Positions 38,455 to 47,212 of a stretch of DNA of 64,000 bases are shown here, one piece after another. The DNA comes from a virus. The stretch lies in IMG/VR virus record IMGVR_UViG_3300045988_047070. The stretch is one strand, 5' to 3'. The notes beneath the pieces were generated by a model. The model did not search any database and was not told where the DNA came from. It saw only the letters and a program-made list of their open reading frames with translations. Every line of letters starts with the position of its first letter. The first letter of the stretch is position 1. Position numbers and translations under genes: made by a program.

Positions 38455-38628
38455 TTAATGATTTTTCTTAGGTCTTAATAGATGATTTTTATTAAAAACA
38501 CATGGTAAATAACAGTGTTTACAGCCATTATCTTCTACAGTTCTATCACATTCCCTAGCCTTCTGCTTAGAGAAAAACCACCTAACAACCCATACTGGTA
38601 GCTTATAAAGATCAAAATTTTTTAACAT
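38455..38628 (-). CDS. hypothetical small protein (57 aa, below ORF-track cutoff)
   Basis: My own translation gives MLKNFDLYKLPVWVVRWFFSKQKARECDRTVEDNGCKHCYLPCVFNKNHLLRPKKNH. It fills an otherwise empty gap in the array. Confidence 0.3.
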   Translation of the reverse strand: MLKNFDLYKLPVWVVRWFFSKQKARECDRTVEDNGCKHCYLPCVFNKNHLLRPKKNH

Positions 38629-38650
38629 TATTTATGATTATTTAACATAT

Positions 38651-38842
38651 CTACGAGAGTTTCGTAGACAATTCATTAACTTGTTGCCTTAATTCATTTA
38701 CAAATTTAGCAGCTCCTTTAGGTCCTGTATACCCTAAATCTGGTATTTTATACATATGATCTCCAATACTATGTATACCATACACATTATTATCTTTACT
38801 TAAGATAGTTTCTACCTCTTTAACTGTTAATTCTTTTAACAT
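38651..38842 (-). CDS. hypothetical protein
   Basis: 63-aa ORF. Confidence 0.45.
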   Translation of the reverse strand: MLKELTVKEVETILSKDNNVYGIHSIGDHMYKIPDLGYTGPKGAAKFVNELRQQVNELSTKLS

Positions 38843-38855
38843 AATTTAACTATTT

Positions 38856-39125
38856 TTAACTTATCTTATAACCCAAAAGTGTTAATAATTCATAAAATTT
38901 GTTAATATCCCTGAAGTAAAGTGAATATGAAATCATCATATGAGCCATACCTTCCTCCATAGGATTCATTAATCTCAGATCTGATACTTTCAAAGCTTTA
39001 GTACCATCAGCACAATCCCATTCACTTACTCTAGCTCTTAATAGCTCAAAATCACTAAACTCGTAGTAAAGCTGGTTGTCTCTGATTTCAAACCCTTTAT
39101 CTTTTAATTCTTGTTCAAATATCAT
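38856..39125 (-). CDS. hypothetical protein, first gene of minus-strand block
   Basis: 89-aa ORF adjacent to the divergent control region. Confidence 0.5.
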   Translation of the reverse strand: MIFEQELKDKGFEIRDNQLYYEFSDFELLRARVSEWDCADGTKALKVSDLRLMNPMEEGMAHMMISYSLYFRDINKFYELLTLLGYKIS

Positions 39126-39426
39126 AATATTAAGTTTTTAATGATAACGTATATAAGGGGGTATTGTTATAAAAATTTTATAAAATAAAAAATTAGGGGA
39201 TATAATTGTGAATGTAGAGAGTAGTATATATATTGTATTATATAGATTTGAGTGTAGAAACTAGTATATACAAACACCCCTCCCCCATCATGCATCAAGG
39301 AAACACCCCCGGTACTTATGCATCAAATCAATTTATCTATCAGCTGATTGTGATTAATCAAGCAGTTACAACGGAAGGCGGTTGTAATGTAGAACTACTG
39401 CTGAGGGGCAGACAGCCGAGACGACT
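39126..39426. promoter_or_regulatory. divergent intergenic control region
   Basis: 301 nt between oppositely oriented gene blocks. It contains a 19-nt direct repeat TGTAGA(G/A)A(G/C)TAGTATATA at 39213 and 39253, with starts 40 nt apart, and ATGCATCAA boxes at 39290 and 39318. Confidence 0.6.
39318..39353 (+). promoter_or_regulatory. conserved about 36-nt promoter-like element, copy 1
   Basis: ATGCATCAAATCAATTTATCTATCAGCTGATTGTGA aligns with the copies at 39873 and 40760. It lies 74 nt upstream of the ATG at 39427. Confidence 0.5.
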
Positions 39427-39834
39427 ATGAAGTGTGCAATCATGAGTCTAGAAGCTAAGCAAGCAGAGAACGGTAATTGGTACGTGAACATCCTAGCACA
39501 GCCGGAAGGTGATCCGTTTGCTGAGGAGTTGAAGTATCGTATGTGGTGTAGCGAAACACTAGCTAACAAGCTAGCTGCCAACGCACCTGAGACTATCGAA
39601 CTCCAGAAGGTACGTGTAGAGGTTACTCCGTACCAGAAGGTATCTGAGGACGGTTCAATCTCAGAGAACGTATTCACCAGTCTGTCTGTTGTATGCAGGC
39701 AGTTCAAGGGAGAGTACGTGGATGAGCCACAAGCGATGGCAGACAAGCTACGCAGGAATCTGCTGCGTGATGGGCTTATCGTAGAGGTAGACGTAGACCC
39801 GTACGAGGGAGCTACAGGTGATCTACCAAACTAA
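39427..39834 (+). CDS. hypothetical protein, GC-rich paralog of 41005-41622
   Basis: 135 aa. The N-terminal about 70 aa aligns with the 41005 ORF (MKC.I...EA..GN.Y..L...P..D...Y.M....A..L.A..P..I.LQ..R). Local GC is about 50% (30/60 in 39481-39540). Confidence 0.65.
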   Translation: MKCAIMSLEAKQAENGNWYVNILAQPEGDPFAEELKYRMWCSETLANKLAANAPETIELQKVRVEVTPYQKVSEDGSISENVFTSLSVVCRQFKGEYVDEPQAMADKLRRNLLRDGLIVEVDVDPYEGATGDLPN

Positions 39835-39836
39835 AG

Positions 39837-39865
39837 GGGAAGAGCTTCGGCTCTTTCCTTTTTAA
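39837..39865 (+). terminator. intrinsic terminator
   Basis: GGGAAGAGC TTCG GCTCTTTCC stem with a UUCG loop, then TTTTT. Confidence 0.8.
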
Positions 39866-39872
39866 TCCAATC

Positions 39873-39908
39873 ATGCACCAAGTTTATTTCCCTCTTAGTC
39901 GATTGTGA
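39873..39908 (+). promoter_or_regulatory. conserved promoter-like element, copy 2
   Basis: ATGCACCAAGTTTATTTCCCTCTTAGTCGATTGTGA, 8 nt after the terminator. It is followed by about 630 nt without an ORF. Confidence 0.5.
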
Positions 39909-40541
39909 AGGTATATTGTATTTATATTTTCATACTTATGTTTAACCCAATAGTTGTAGGCGTATATACTTTAAACCTTCAACATTATGGTAACTAGAAC
40001 ATATTCCGTTGCCGGGGTAAGACTCCTCGTAAGCCAGCGGTTGTGGAGTGCTACGGCCACGTAATCAACAGGGCAAAACCAGGCTCATTTGAGCATTAAT
40101 CTAAAAAACTCAATAACTTTCCAAGACATTGAGGACACCAGTTTCTTACAAATAGGTTTAGGACTATCCTTGTAAATACTTAGCTACTACAACATTGATT
40201 TCTAGAATCATAACGCCAGAGTAGAGAACCCCTATTTGTAAGTTTTAGGTGTAAAATGCATATTATCTATTTTAACAAAAGAAGCCATAGCTTACTATAG
40301 ATAATGTTGTCAGTGCAACACTCTATAGCGGAAAAGTATATTAAACATATATGCTATGCCACGCTTCGGTACTTTGTTATGTTGGTTCAGCAATGTAACA
40401 TCACTGAAAGTTACTGTTGTGTGTAATATTAACGGGAGCCAACCCAACCATGTAGTGATACTGTATCAAAGAACTGAAAAAATACAGGAAGGCTATCACT
40501 ACATGGTCTAATTTGATTATTAATCAATAAAATTATATATT

Positions 40542-40733
40542 ATGATAGCAGTAGTAAAGTGCTATAAGCACAACATAAAACCATTAGTAGTAGAGGTATT
40601 TGAAGGTCATGATGAACAAACACAGAAGGATGCTAAAGAGTTAGCAGCTATCCTAAGTAGGAAGAATAAATGTGAGTATAAAGTACTCATTGATCTTTCT
40701 TGTGTTGCTGTTATACACGATTCAAAGGAGTAG
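40542..40733 (+). CDS. hypothetical protein
   Basis: 63-aa ORF. Its stop is embedded in the terminator palindrome. Confidence 0.5.
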   Translation: MIAVVKCYKHNIKPLVVEVFEGHDEQTQKDAKELAAILSRKNKCEYKVLIDLSCVAVIHDSKE

Positions 40734-40750
40734 GCTATAGCCTATTTTCC
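40731..40750 (+). terminator. intrinsic terminator
   Basis: Perfect palindrome TAGGCTATAGCCTA followed by TTTTCC. Confidence 0.6.
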
Positions 40751-40759
40751 TTTCTTACA

Positions 40760-40796
40760 ATGCACCAAGTCAAATTTCCCTTCTAGCATATTGTGA
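40760..40796 (+). promoter_or_regulatory. conserved promoter-like element, copy 3
   Basis: ATGCACCAAGTCAAATTTCCCTTCTAGCATATTGTGA, 10 nt after the terminator. A TAAGTTTG (TAnnTTTG-like) box lies at 40851-40858. Confidence 0.5.
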
Positions 40797-41004
40797 GGAG
40801 TATAGGATACTGCTGTGATTTATGTGTATGTAATTGATAAGAGAGTATTTGTAAGTTTGAGAATAGTTTACTCTTTTTTCAGTCTGCCCTTTAATCACAT
40901 TGCTTATAGCTGCCTTTACGCATACATATAATATATAGCGTATCCTACTCTTTGCATAAACAATCAAACAATTAAATAATCAAACAATTAAGGAGGACAA
41001 ACAA

Positions 41005-41622
41005 ATGAAATGTATTATTATTGGACACGAATTCGCAGAGGCAAACACAGGTAACTTGTATTGTAAACTAGAAGTAAGACCTGCAAATGATGAGTGGGCT
41101 GCATCTTTCAACTATGTAATGTTTATTACAGAGGCAATGAAAGAAGCCTTAGAAGCTAGATTTCCTAAAGAAATATATCTGCAAGAAATACGTATGCAAA
41201 CACCTGAGCCATTTAACAGAGTATGGGCTACAGATGGTAACAATCACATGCAAGGTGAAATAGTCTGCAACGCTAAAGGCGATCCTATCGTATTTAATGA
41301 CATCAAAGTCGTAATACGTACATTACCTGATGGCACACCTGCTAGAGGTGAAGATGCTGAGAAGCTACTAGAATCTAGCTGGCGTAGAGGTATTGAAAAT
41401 GGTACTATCTTACCAATTGGTGAAGGTACAGATGTACCAGATAACAATATTGGACAAACTGTAGGAGGAGCAGATGCATTTGCGGGAGCACAATCAGCTG
41501 GAGATCCAGAGAGTCTAGAGACATCTCAACCAGATCCACTACCTACAGGTAACGTTGTAGTGCCGGGTAACCGACCACAACGACCACAGCAACAAGCTGG
41601 AATCAGAGTACCTAGAGTATAA
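41005..41622 (+). CDS. hypothetical protein, paralog of 39427-39834 with Pro/Gln-rich tail
   Basis: 205 aa. AAGGAGG lies 8 nt upstream of the ATG. There is a tandem ATCAAACAATTAA repeat in the leader (40961, 40977). Confidence 0.65.
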   Translation: MKCIIIGHEFAEANTGNLYCKLEVRPANDEWAASFNYVMFITEAMKEALEARFPKEIYLQEIRMQTPEPFNRVWATDGNNHMQGEIVCNAKGDPIVFNDIKVVIRTLPDGTPARGEDAEKLLESSWRRGIENGTILPIGEGTDVPDNNIGQTVGGADAFAGAQSAGDPESLETSQPDPLPTGNVVVPGNRPQRPQQQAGIRVPRV

Positions 41623-41656
41623 CAGGGATTTGCCGGGTAACCGGCAGACCTGTTTT
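41622..41656 (+). terminator. intrinsic terminator
   Basis: ACAGG..GCCGG GTAA CCGGC..CCTGT followed by TTTT. Confidence 0.7.
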
Positions 41657-41728
41657 AACAAAAACTCCCGAACATCTGCATATGATGTTTTGGGTTAATT
41701 AACATTATTAACTTTTAAAAACATTCAT

Positions 41729-41902
41729 CATGGAAGGAAAAGATGAAAACAAGCCAAAGATTGTGTATTTTATTCTAGCTGTGTTTATTCATGCTAATGT
41801 GTTTCTACCATTCCTATCTGAAAAGACAGGAGTGCATGGAGCGTTCATATTGTGTGATATAATACTTGCTATTATAGTATATAATCTAATGGCTCGGAAT
41901 TA
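41729..41902 (+). CDS. small two-TM membrane protein (57 aa, below ORF-track cutoff)
   Basis: My own translation gives MEGKDENKPKIVYFILAVFIHANVFLPFLSEKTGVHGAFILCDIILAIIVYNLMARN. It is preceded by the duplicated leader element and followed by a terminator. Confidence 0.45.
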
Positions 41903-41910
41903 GGGAGTTA

Positions 41911-41936
41911 GGGGTGGGTGAAAACTCACCCCTTTT
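41911..41936 (+). terminator. intrinsic terminator
   Basis: GGGGTG ... CACCCC stem followed by TTTT. Confidence 0.6.
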
Positions 41937-41961
41937 ATATTATCAAACAAAAATCAATACA

Positions 41962-42411
41962 ATGAAGATTCTATTTAACTTTAAAAAATCTAGTTGTAAA
42001 CTTAACTGGATAGGAATATTGAAAGTAGTTTTTGGGTTCAACTTAAAGAAAGCTAAAGCTATTGTGGACTATGGAAGTTATACATATATTGTAAATGACT
42101 TAAAGAACCCTATAGATATGCAACAGTACTTTATTGATCTTCTTATTAGGATAAATTCTGCATGTATATCCAGTCTAGACGCAGATCAAAGAAAGGATGA
42201 ACTTAAGAAGGTAATATCCCTTCCTATATATGACGAAGATGTATCTAGCACTACTCCGGCAGTACAAACAATAAATGTACAAGATTTGGATATTGTAAAG
42301 GTGGGCTCAGTATATATCCTTACTCAGGAAAGATATGAGAAGCTTTTAAAAGCTGAACAAACATTGTCAAAGATAGAAACAGTACTTTACAAATGGAAGA
42401 ACAATGAATAA
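41962..42411 (+). CDS. hypothetical protein
   Basis: The ORF track starts at the GTG 41914, inside the terminator. I prefer the ATG at 41962 (MKILFNFKK). Confidence 0.5.
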   Translation: MKILFNFKKSSCKLNWIGILKVVFGFNLKKAKAIVDYGSYTYIVNDLKNPIDMQQYFIDLLIRINSACISSLDADQRKDELKKVISLPIYDEDVSSTTPAVQTINVQDLDIVKVGSVYILTQERYEKLLKAEQTLSKIETVLYKWKNNE

Positions 42412-42616
42412 AAGAAGACAATATCACAAATCAAATTGTGATTCTATAGTTAGAGCAACCGTAACAGATGCACTAGGACGTAAAGTTATCCTAGTTGGAA
42501 AGCACGCTTTCGAATGGTCTATTATACTTGAAAAAGAAGGAAGATTAGTAATAACTACTTTTCCTAATAGAGAACAAGCAGTAGATACATTTAACAAAAA
42601 GTACAGGAATAAATGA
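42404..42616 (+). CDS. hypothetical protein
   Basis: 70-aa ORF with an 8-nt overlap with the upstream gene. Confidence 0.5.
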   Translation: MNKRRQYHKSNCDSIVRATVTDALGRKVILVGKHAFEWSIILEKEGRLVITTFPNREQAVDTFNKKYRNK

Positions 42617-42766
42617 TATGTGTACGTATCCAGTGTATGAAGTGATACACAACTTTCTTATCTAATTTAATATTCTTTTGGCATAATTTCCTCAGCTAAT
42701 TATTGCGAGTAAAAGTAATTAGTTCGCTACTATCTCATACTAATAGTGAGGGAAAGTATGTGGTAA

Positions 42767-42845
42767 TTCTGTGTAGTTTAAGTGTCTAACACATGGTAGA
42801 ATCCCCTGCTAAGGGCGAATGCAGGTTCGAATCCTGCCACAGAAA
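42767..42845 (+). ncRNA. tRNA-like element T1 (anticodon not assignable)
   Basis: 7/7-bp acceptor TTCTGTG/CACAGAA and a canonical T arm GCAGG TTCGAAT CCTGC. The best anticodon-arm fold has a mismatch, and its loop TAGAATC lacks U33/R37. Confidence 0.45.
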
Positions 42846-43126
42846 CATTAAAAATTCATTGATGGTTTTATAGAGAGTTTAAGATTCTCCATTTTAATTT
42901 AACACAGCTACTATATACCTATTGTGAAATACGTATATAGTTTCCCTAGAGTAAAAGCAACCTCATCGTAGCTAACAACAATACTTCATGCGCGTTTGGT
43001 TAATATACAAAGTTAGCGGGTTCTAGGGTCTAGTAGGTTTAAATTGTCAGACTGAACGAATGTCATGACTACCGAAGCTAATAGCTTTTAAAAACAGTAA
43101 ATATTAACAATAAAAATATCAAATTT

Positions 43127-43291
43127 ATGAAAAAAGAAATCAAAAAAGCACAAGAAGCAGTATGGTATAATACTGACTGCAAGTTATTAACTAAAGAAGA
43201 GTACGAAGAGCTATGCAGATACAAAGCGTTATACTTAGACTTAAAAGGTTCCTTAGAAGGAATCGTAAAAGATTTCAAGCAAAGCGCATAA
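43127..43291 (+). CDS. hypothetical small protein (54 aa, below ORF-track cutoff)
   Basis: My own translation gives MKKEIKKAQEAVWYNTDCKLLTKEEYEELCRYKALYLDLKGSLEGIVKDFKQSA. Confidence 0.35.
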   Translation: MKKEIKKAQEAVWYNTDCKLLTKEEYEELCRYKALYLDLKGSLEGIVKDFKQSA

Positions 43292-43524
43292 TACTTGAAC
43301 TTTTAGAAGGAATTGGTTGGGCTATATGGTTATTGATATTACTCATATTATCATGTGGGGATACATTAATCTATCTCTTATATTTAGCGATATCTGTACC
43401 AATATTCATTCAAAAAATAAAGTATGACTGTAGAAGCAATGATCGTAACTTGTGTAATAGTATGCATAATACTGTTACTACGGAAAAGGAGGAAAGAGAA
43501 GATAAGGGCACAGATACTAAATGA
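43213..43524 (+). CDS. possible membrane protein (uncertain)
   Basis: 103-aa ORF with a hydrophobic core. It overlaps both neighbouring candidates, and in T-rich DNA it could be spurious. Confidence 0.25.
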   Translation: MQIQSVILRLKRFLRRNRKRFQAKRIILELLEGIGWAIWLLILLILSCGDTLIYLLYLAISVPIFIQKIKYDCRSNDRNLCNSMHNTVTTEKEEREDKGTDTK

Positions 43525-43804
43525 TCTATACATTATTGATAGAGATTGTCGTATTATCAAAGGCAATATCATTAATAGTGATTTTATTGGTATTCTAACT
43601 AATCTAGCATTTTTAAGAGATTCACTAAAGAAGGAATCATTAAATGATGTGATACCTAAAAGTTTGTTAACGGATATACAAGTTCTATTAAATACGAACG
43701 AAGAGGAGATTAGTTTAGAAGATTTTAGGACAAATGTAGTCAGAATGATTAACGTTGTTCTAATAAGGTTACAAGGTATCTATAAACTTATAATCTACTC
43801 TTAA
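43424..43804 (+). CDS. hypothetical N-terminally anchored protein
   Basis: 126 aa. An N-terminal TM segment IVTCVIVCIILLL is followed by RKRRKEK. Confidence 0.5.
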   Translation: MTVEAMIVTCVIVCIILLLRKRRKEKIRAQILNDLYIIDRDCRIIKGNIINSDFIGILTNLAFLRDSLKKESLNDVIPKSLLTDIQVLLNTNEEEISLEDFRTNVVRMINVVLIRLQGIYKLIIYS

Positions 43805-43805
43805 T

Positions 43806-44195
43806 ATGGATAGAAGTCTTCCTCATTTCTTACAAAGAATCGGATACCATCCTTACGAAATAAGTCCAAAGGATAGGATGTTTTTTTCATTAAAAGATCC
43901 TGAATTTGTGTCAGCGTATGGACCAGTATTTGTCGAATGGTTCCCAAAGTATCTAGGACCATCTGTTCCTATATTAGAGGTTAACAGAAGTCGTAATATT
44001 ATATGGGGATTACACGAAGCGGATCACCATCCGTGCCTAATTTACCCTAGACCAAATATCTTGATAGAAGGTGTATCAGAAGAATACAAAATTACAAATA
44101 AATATTCTGATACAATGATGGATAGAATAACTGCAAAGTATTCTCCTGAAGAGATATTTAGAGCGATTAGGAGTAATTTAATACTAATACTATAA
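43806..44195 (+). CDS. hypothetical protein
   Basis: 129-aa ORF, 1-nt gap after the upstream gene. Confidence 0.55.
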   Translation: MDRSLPHFLQRIGYHPYEISPKDRMFFSLKDPEFVSAYGPVFVEWFPKYLGPSVPILEVNRSRNIIWGLHEADHHPCLIYPRPNILIEGVSEEYKITNKYSDTMMDRITAKYSPEEIFRAIRSNLILIL

Positions 44196-44420
44196 ATTTA
44201 AATCTGTTAAATTTATTTTATTCAGTAACAGTAAGAAAGTAGTTCAATTTCTATGGGTTACATAGAGAAAAGGTAGAATAGTTTACAACGAATGGTACAT
44301 ATTTTATTTAATAAGCTTGCCTATAAAATAATATGGAACTCTATTAGATAGGTCTTTTGATCTCTATCTAGGCAGCTCTTGAAACTTAAATAAAAAATGT
44401 AGAGTAGATGTAAAAAGATA

Positions 44421-44450
44421 TTAAGTTCGAATCTTAATCTTTCTTATTTT
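44421..44450 (+). terminator. weak T-loop-like hairpin plus T-run
   Basis: TTAAG TTCGAAT CTTAA followed by TCTTTCTTATTTTTT. No matching acceptor strand nearby. Confidence 0.3.
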
Positions 44451-44461
44451 TTAACTAAAAA
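44451..44461 (+). promoter_or_regulatory. TTAACTAAAAA leader motif
   Basis: Starts 21 nt before the ATG at 44472. Confidence 0.4.
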
Positions 44462-44471
44462 CAATATCACA

Positions 44472-44822
44472 ATGATTAGACTAATTATCAAAAAAGGTAA
44501 TGCATGGTTAAGTGTATTTACTTTAGCACAGATCTTTACAAAATATTTGAAACTAACTCGCTATGATGCTTTAAAGCTTGCATATGCGACACTACATCAG
44601 GATGTCGTTGTCCAGAGTAGTACAAATGCAGGTCTATATTATCTTCATGTAGATTTACATCGAAAGAAGTTTAATGCTGAAATCAATGACGTTCATGATT
44701 TAGCAGCACAATTAGACCTATTGAAATACGCTCCTTTTCAATGTGGAATGCATACAAGAGGAGGAAAAGTGTTATGGAAAAGTAACCCAAAAGATGACAT
44801 CTATAAGGAAATAAGAACATAG
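44472..44822 (+). CDS. hypothetical protein
   Basis: 116-aa ORF. Confidence 0.55.
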   Translation: MIRLIIKKGNAWLSVFTLAQIFTKYLKLTRYDALKLAYATLHQDVVVQSSTNAGLYYLHVDLHRKKFNAEINDVHDLAAQLDLLKYAPFQCGMHTRGGKVLWKSNPKDDIYKEIRT

Positions 44823-45083
44823 TTGAATGTGTACTTTTCAAAGAACAACTACCTAAATACCGCTGTGAAGCTCTATTTAGTAAAAGACCTATGAAAAGTG
44901 AGTTGTCAATCCAGCGTATACTAAGTAGTAGGTCTTTTTAAAAGACTATTCTTAATTATAAGTATATGGAAAACTACGGTTATTATTCTAAAGAAATTAA
45001 TGAAGACTGTTTTGTAGTATACTATTTTAGTAGACAAGCCAGATCTGTCATTTATCAAACAAGCTCTTTATTAGGAGCCTTGA

Positions 45084-45115
45084 GTTAACTAACATTATTA
45101 ACTTTTAAACATTCA
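45084..45115 (+). promoter_or_regulatory. duplicated leader element, copy 2
   Basis: Contains the exact 20-mer TAACATTATTAACTTTTAAA (45090-45109), also present at 41699-41718, then CATTCA. Confidence 0.5.
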
Positions 45116-45120
45116 ATCAA

Positions 45121-45621
45121 ATGAGTGAGAAAGGAGATGGCACCGTAGGTGGTGTCTGGAAGGGAGTAGTATTAGTGCTGCTCACAATTGTTACACTATT
45201 ACTTTTATGTATTGTGTATCAAGGGCTAAAAGGAGAGAATCCTCTTACGAAAGTAAAGGAATCTGTTGGTTTTAGCACTGAAACTGAGGTAGCAATACCT
45301 ACAGTTCAAGAGAGACTAAACGAGTTCAATGCTGAAGTAGAAGATACTAAGGCATATGATACTTATCTCTCATTGCCTGTAGTAATAGTAGAAGGAATCC
45401 TAAATAAATTAGGGCCTGATGCAGATTACAGAGCAATAGTTAACGAGTATTATACTAATAGATCCTATTGGATTAGTACTCAAGTGTCGAATCAAATTAA
45501 ACCTGTATTAACTGGTCCTGATGCAAAGAATGTTGAAAGGGTTGAGGTGAAAACAGTTTTAAAAGAAGAAACACCGCCAGGGAATGAAGTCTCTCTTACT
45601 CCAGCTGATTCTATAAAGTAG
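45121..45621 (+). CDS. N-terminally anchored membrane/secreted protein
   Basis: 166 aa with the TM segment VVLVLLTIVTLLLLCIVY. Confidence 0.55.
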   Translation: MSEKGDGTVGGVWKGVVLVLLTIVTLLLLCIVYQGLKGENPLTKVKESVGFSTETEVAIPTVQERLNEFNAEVEDTKAYDTYLSLPVVIVEGILNKLGPDADYRAIVNEYYTNRSYWISTQVSNQIKPVLTGPDAKNVERVEVKTVLKEETPPGNEVSLTPADSIK

Positions 45622-46053
45622 AATTCTTTTTGGTTCAGGAGTATACTTTTTATATGCATTGCCTGTGAAGGTAGTGCATATTTTTACTATTAGATCATCA
45701 GAAAATGACAAGCATGTGGGGCGTAAGTAGTATTTTTATGCAGGAGAAGAAGAATGGCAATTGTTCTAATTAGTACTGATAATTGCAAATACTATGATCG
45801 TGCGGACGTTAAAATCATGCCGTTAATAAGAATTGTACTGGCAATACAATTCTGCTACAACGTAAAATATGTTATATAGCCGATTATAAGAAGTTTTATG
45901 TAAGAGTTTTTTAATATTTATTTTGCAAGCATAAAACTTTACGATGACACTTGTTATTAGTTGCTCATAGTACAATATGAGTTGTTGTTAATCAACAATC
46001 GTTCAATCAAAACCCTCTCCGTAGTTGTACATACGGAGACGTCATCAAATTGT

Positions 46054-46064
46054 TTAACTAAAAA
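46054..46064 (+). promoter_or_regulatory. TTAACTAAAAA leader motif
   Basis: Starts 19 nt before the ATG at 46073. Confidence 0.4.
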
Positions 46065-46072
46065 TTATCAAA

Positions 46073-46501
46073 ATGAACAGTAAGATTAATGGAGTAGCAG
46101 TTGTAATATTGCCTCCAGGACTTTCTAAAGAGGAAGTTCAAGTGCTATTTTCTAGCATATTGAGTAAGTTAGAAACTATTAATCCTGAGTACAAACAAAA
46201 TGGAGGATTTCTAACTATCTTAGAGCCTAACGACCTGTTTAGAGTCGTAAATCCTGTTAATGCTGAAATAGCAACATTAGCAGACAATTTGGTAGTTGAA
46301 TTCGGTGAACCTACAGATCCTGTGCATTTTGCGACAAAGTTCGTATGTGCTTACTATGGTCCTAAAGACTTAGTAAACCATGACGTTGTTACAACAATTG
46401 CATCGATCAAAGAAGGTTCCCCAGAATGGGCTTACTTCGAAAGGAGAAAGCTAAAGTTCCTTATTTTTCAATGTCGCAACATTTTGCAGAATACTTTATG
46501 A
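46073..46501 (+). CDS. hypothetical protein
   Basis: 142-aa ORF. Confidence 0.55.
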   Translation: MNSKINGVAVVILPPGLSKEEVQVLFSSILSKLETINPEYKQNGGFLTILEPNDLFRVVNPVNAEIATLADNLVVEFGEPTDPVHFATKFVCAYYGPKDLVNHDVVTTIASIKEGSPEWAYFERRKLKFLIFQCRNILQNTL

Positions 46502-46620
46502 GCAAGACAAAGAAAGATTCTAAGGATTCAAAGGCTATGCGGAAATACACTCCGCATAAGCCTAAGATGACTCCTTATAAAAGAGAGTCTAAAGCACAGA
46601 GATTTCGCGAGGATAGCTAG
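46498..46620 (+). CDS. very basic 40-aa peptide
   Basis: ATGA start/stop coupling with the upstream ORF. Sequence MSKTKKDSKDSKAMRKYTPHKPKMTPYKRESKAQRFREDS. Confidence 0.35.
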   Translation: MSKTKKDSKDSKAMRKYTPHKPKMTPYKRESKAQRFREDS

Positions 46621-46876
46621 TTACCGCCAGTTACTAGTCCTCAAGTCTATAATTCTTAAATTGTTAAGATATGGTGGTCATTCCCCTAAAGCATGTTAAA
46701 CCTAACGCCCTAAGCCCATAAACGGTATGTGAAGATGCATACTACGGGATTGTGTACTTGTACAAATGATAATCTCACAGGAGGTTATTAATTATAAGAA
46801 GGAGAAGAGGTTCCCTCTGAATAAGAAATAGGAATAAGAGGGCATGCTTATTATTTGAAACTAACACAATTGGGAT

Positions 46877-47179
46877 ATGGAAAAAACAAAAGTAAAACAA
46901 GTAATTAGAGAGGCATTAGCTAGAGAACCAGCTATAGAATGGTATCTTAAAAGTAAGAAAATATACGGTCGCTATATATCTTTGCTAGCAGATGTTATAC
47001 TCACACATAAAAGAGTTTTAGTATGGAATGAAAGTATGTGTGAACGTACTATTAAGAATATAATAACAGGATCTAGTCCTTTATATATTCCAATGTCATT
47101 TCAATATAGGGAACGTATAAGAATTATCTCTAATCATGCATTGAATAGAGATACAATCCTAGAACTTTATCAAAATTAA
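46877..47179 (+). CDS. hypothetical protein
   Basis: 100-aa ORF. Confidence 0.5.
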   Translation: MEKTKVKQVIREALAREPAIEWYLKSKKIYGRYISLLADVILTHKRVLVWNESMCERTIKNIITGSSPLYIPMSFQYRERIRIISNHALNRDTILELYQN

Positions 47180-47212
47180 TTATTAATATCAAAAAAAAAA
47201 AAACAAAAGAAA

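Noticed and set aside
39366-39746. 126-aa minus-strand ORF opposite 39427-39834.
   Set aside because: It is an antisense shadow opened by the local GC richness. It would run into the divergent control region, and it lacks the paralog relationship that supports the plus-strand frame.
44233-44445. tRNA with a 200-nt intron, pairing AAGAAAG at 44233 with CTTTCTT at 44439.
   Set aside because: The pairing requires an extra nucleotide between the T stem and the acceptor. No D or anticodon arms are found. The match is a 7-mer in AT-rich DNA, so it is likely chance.
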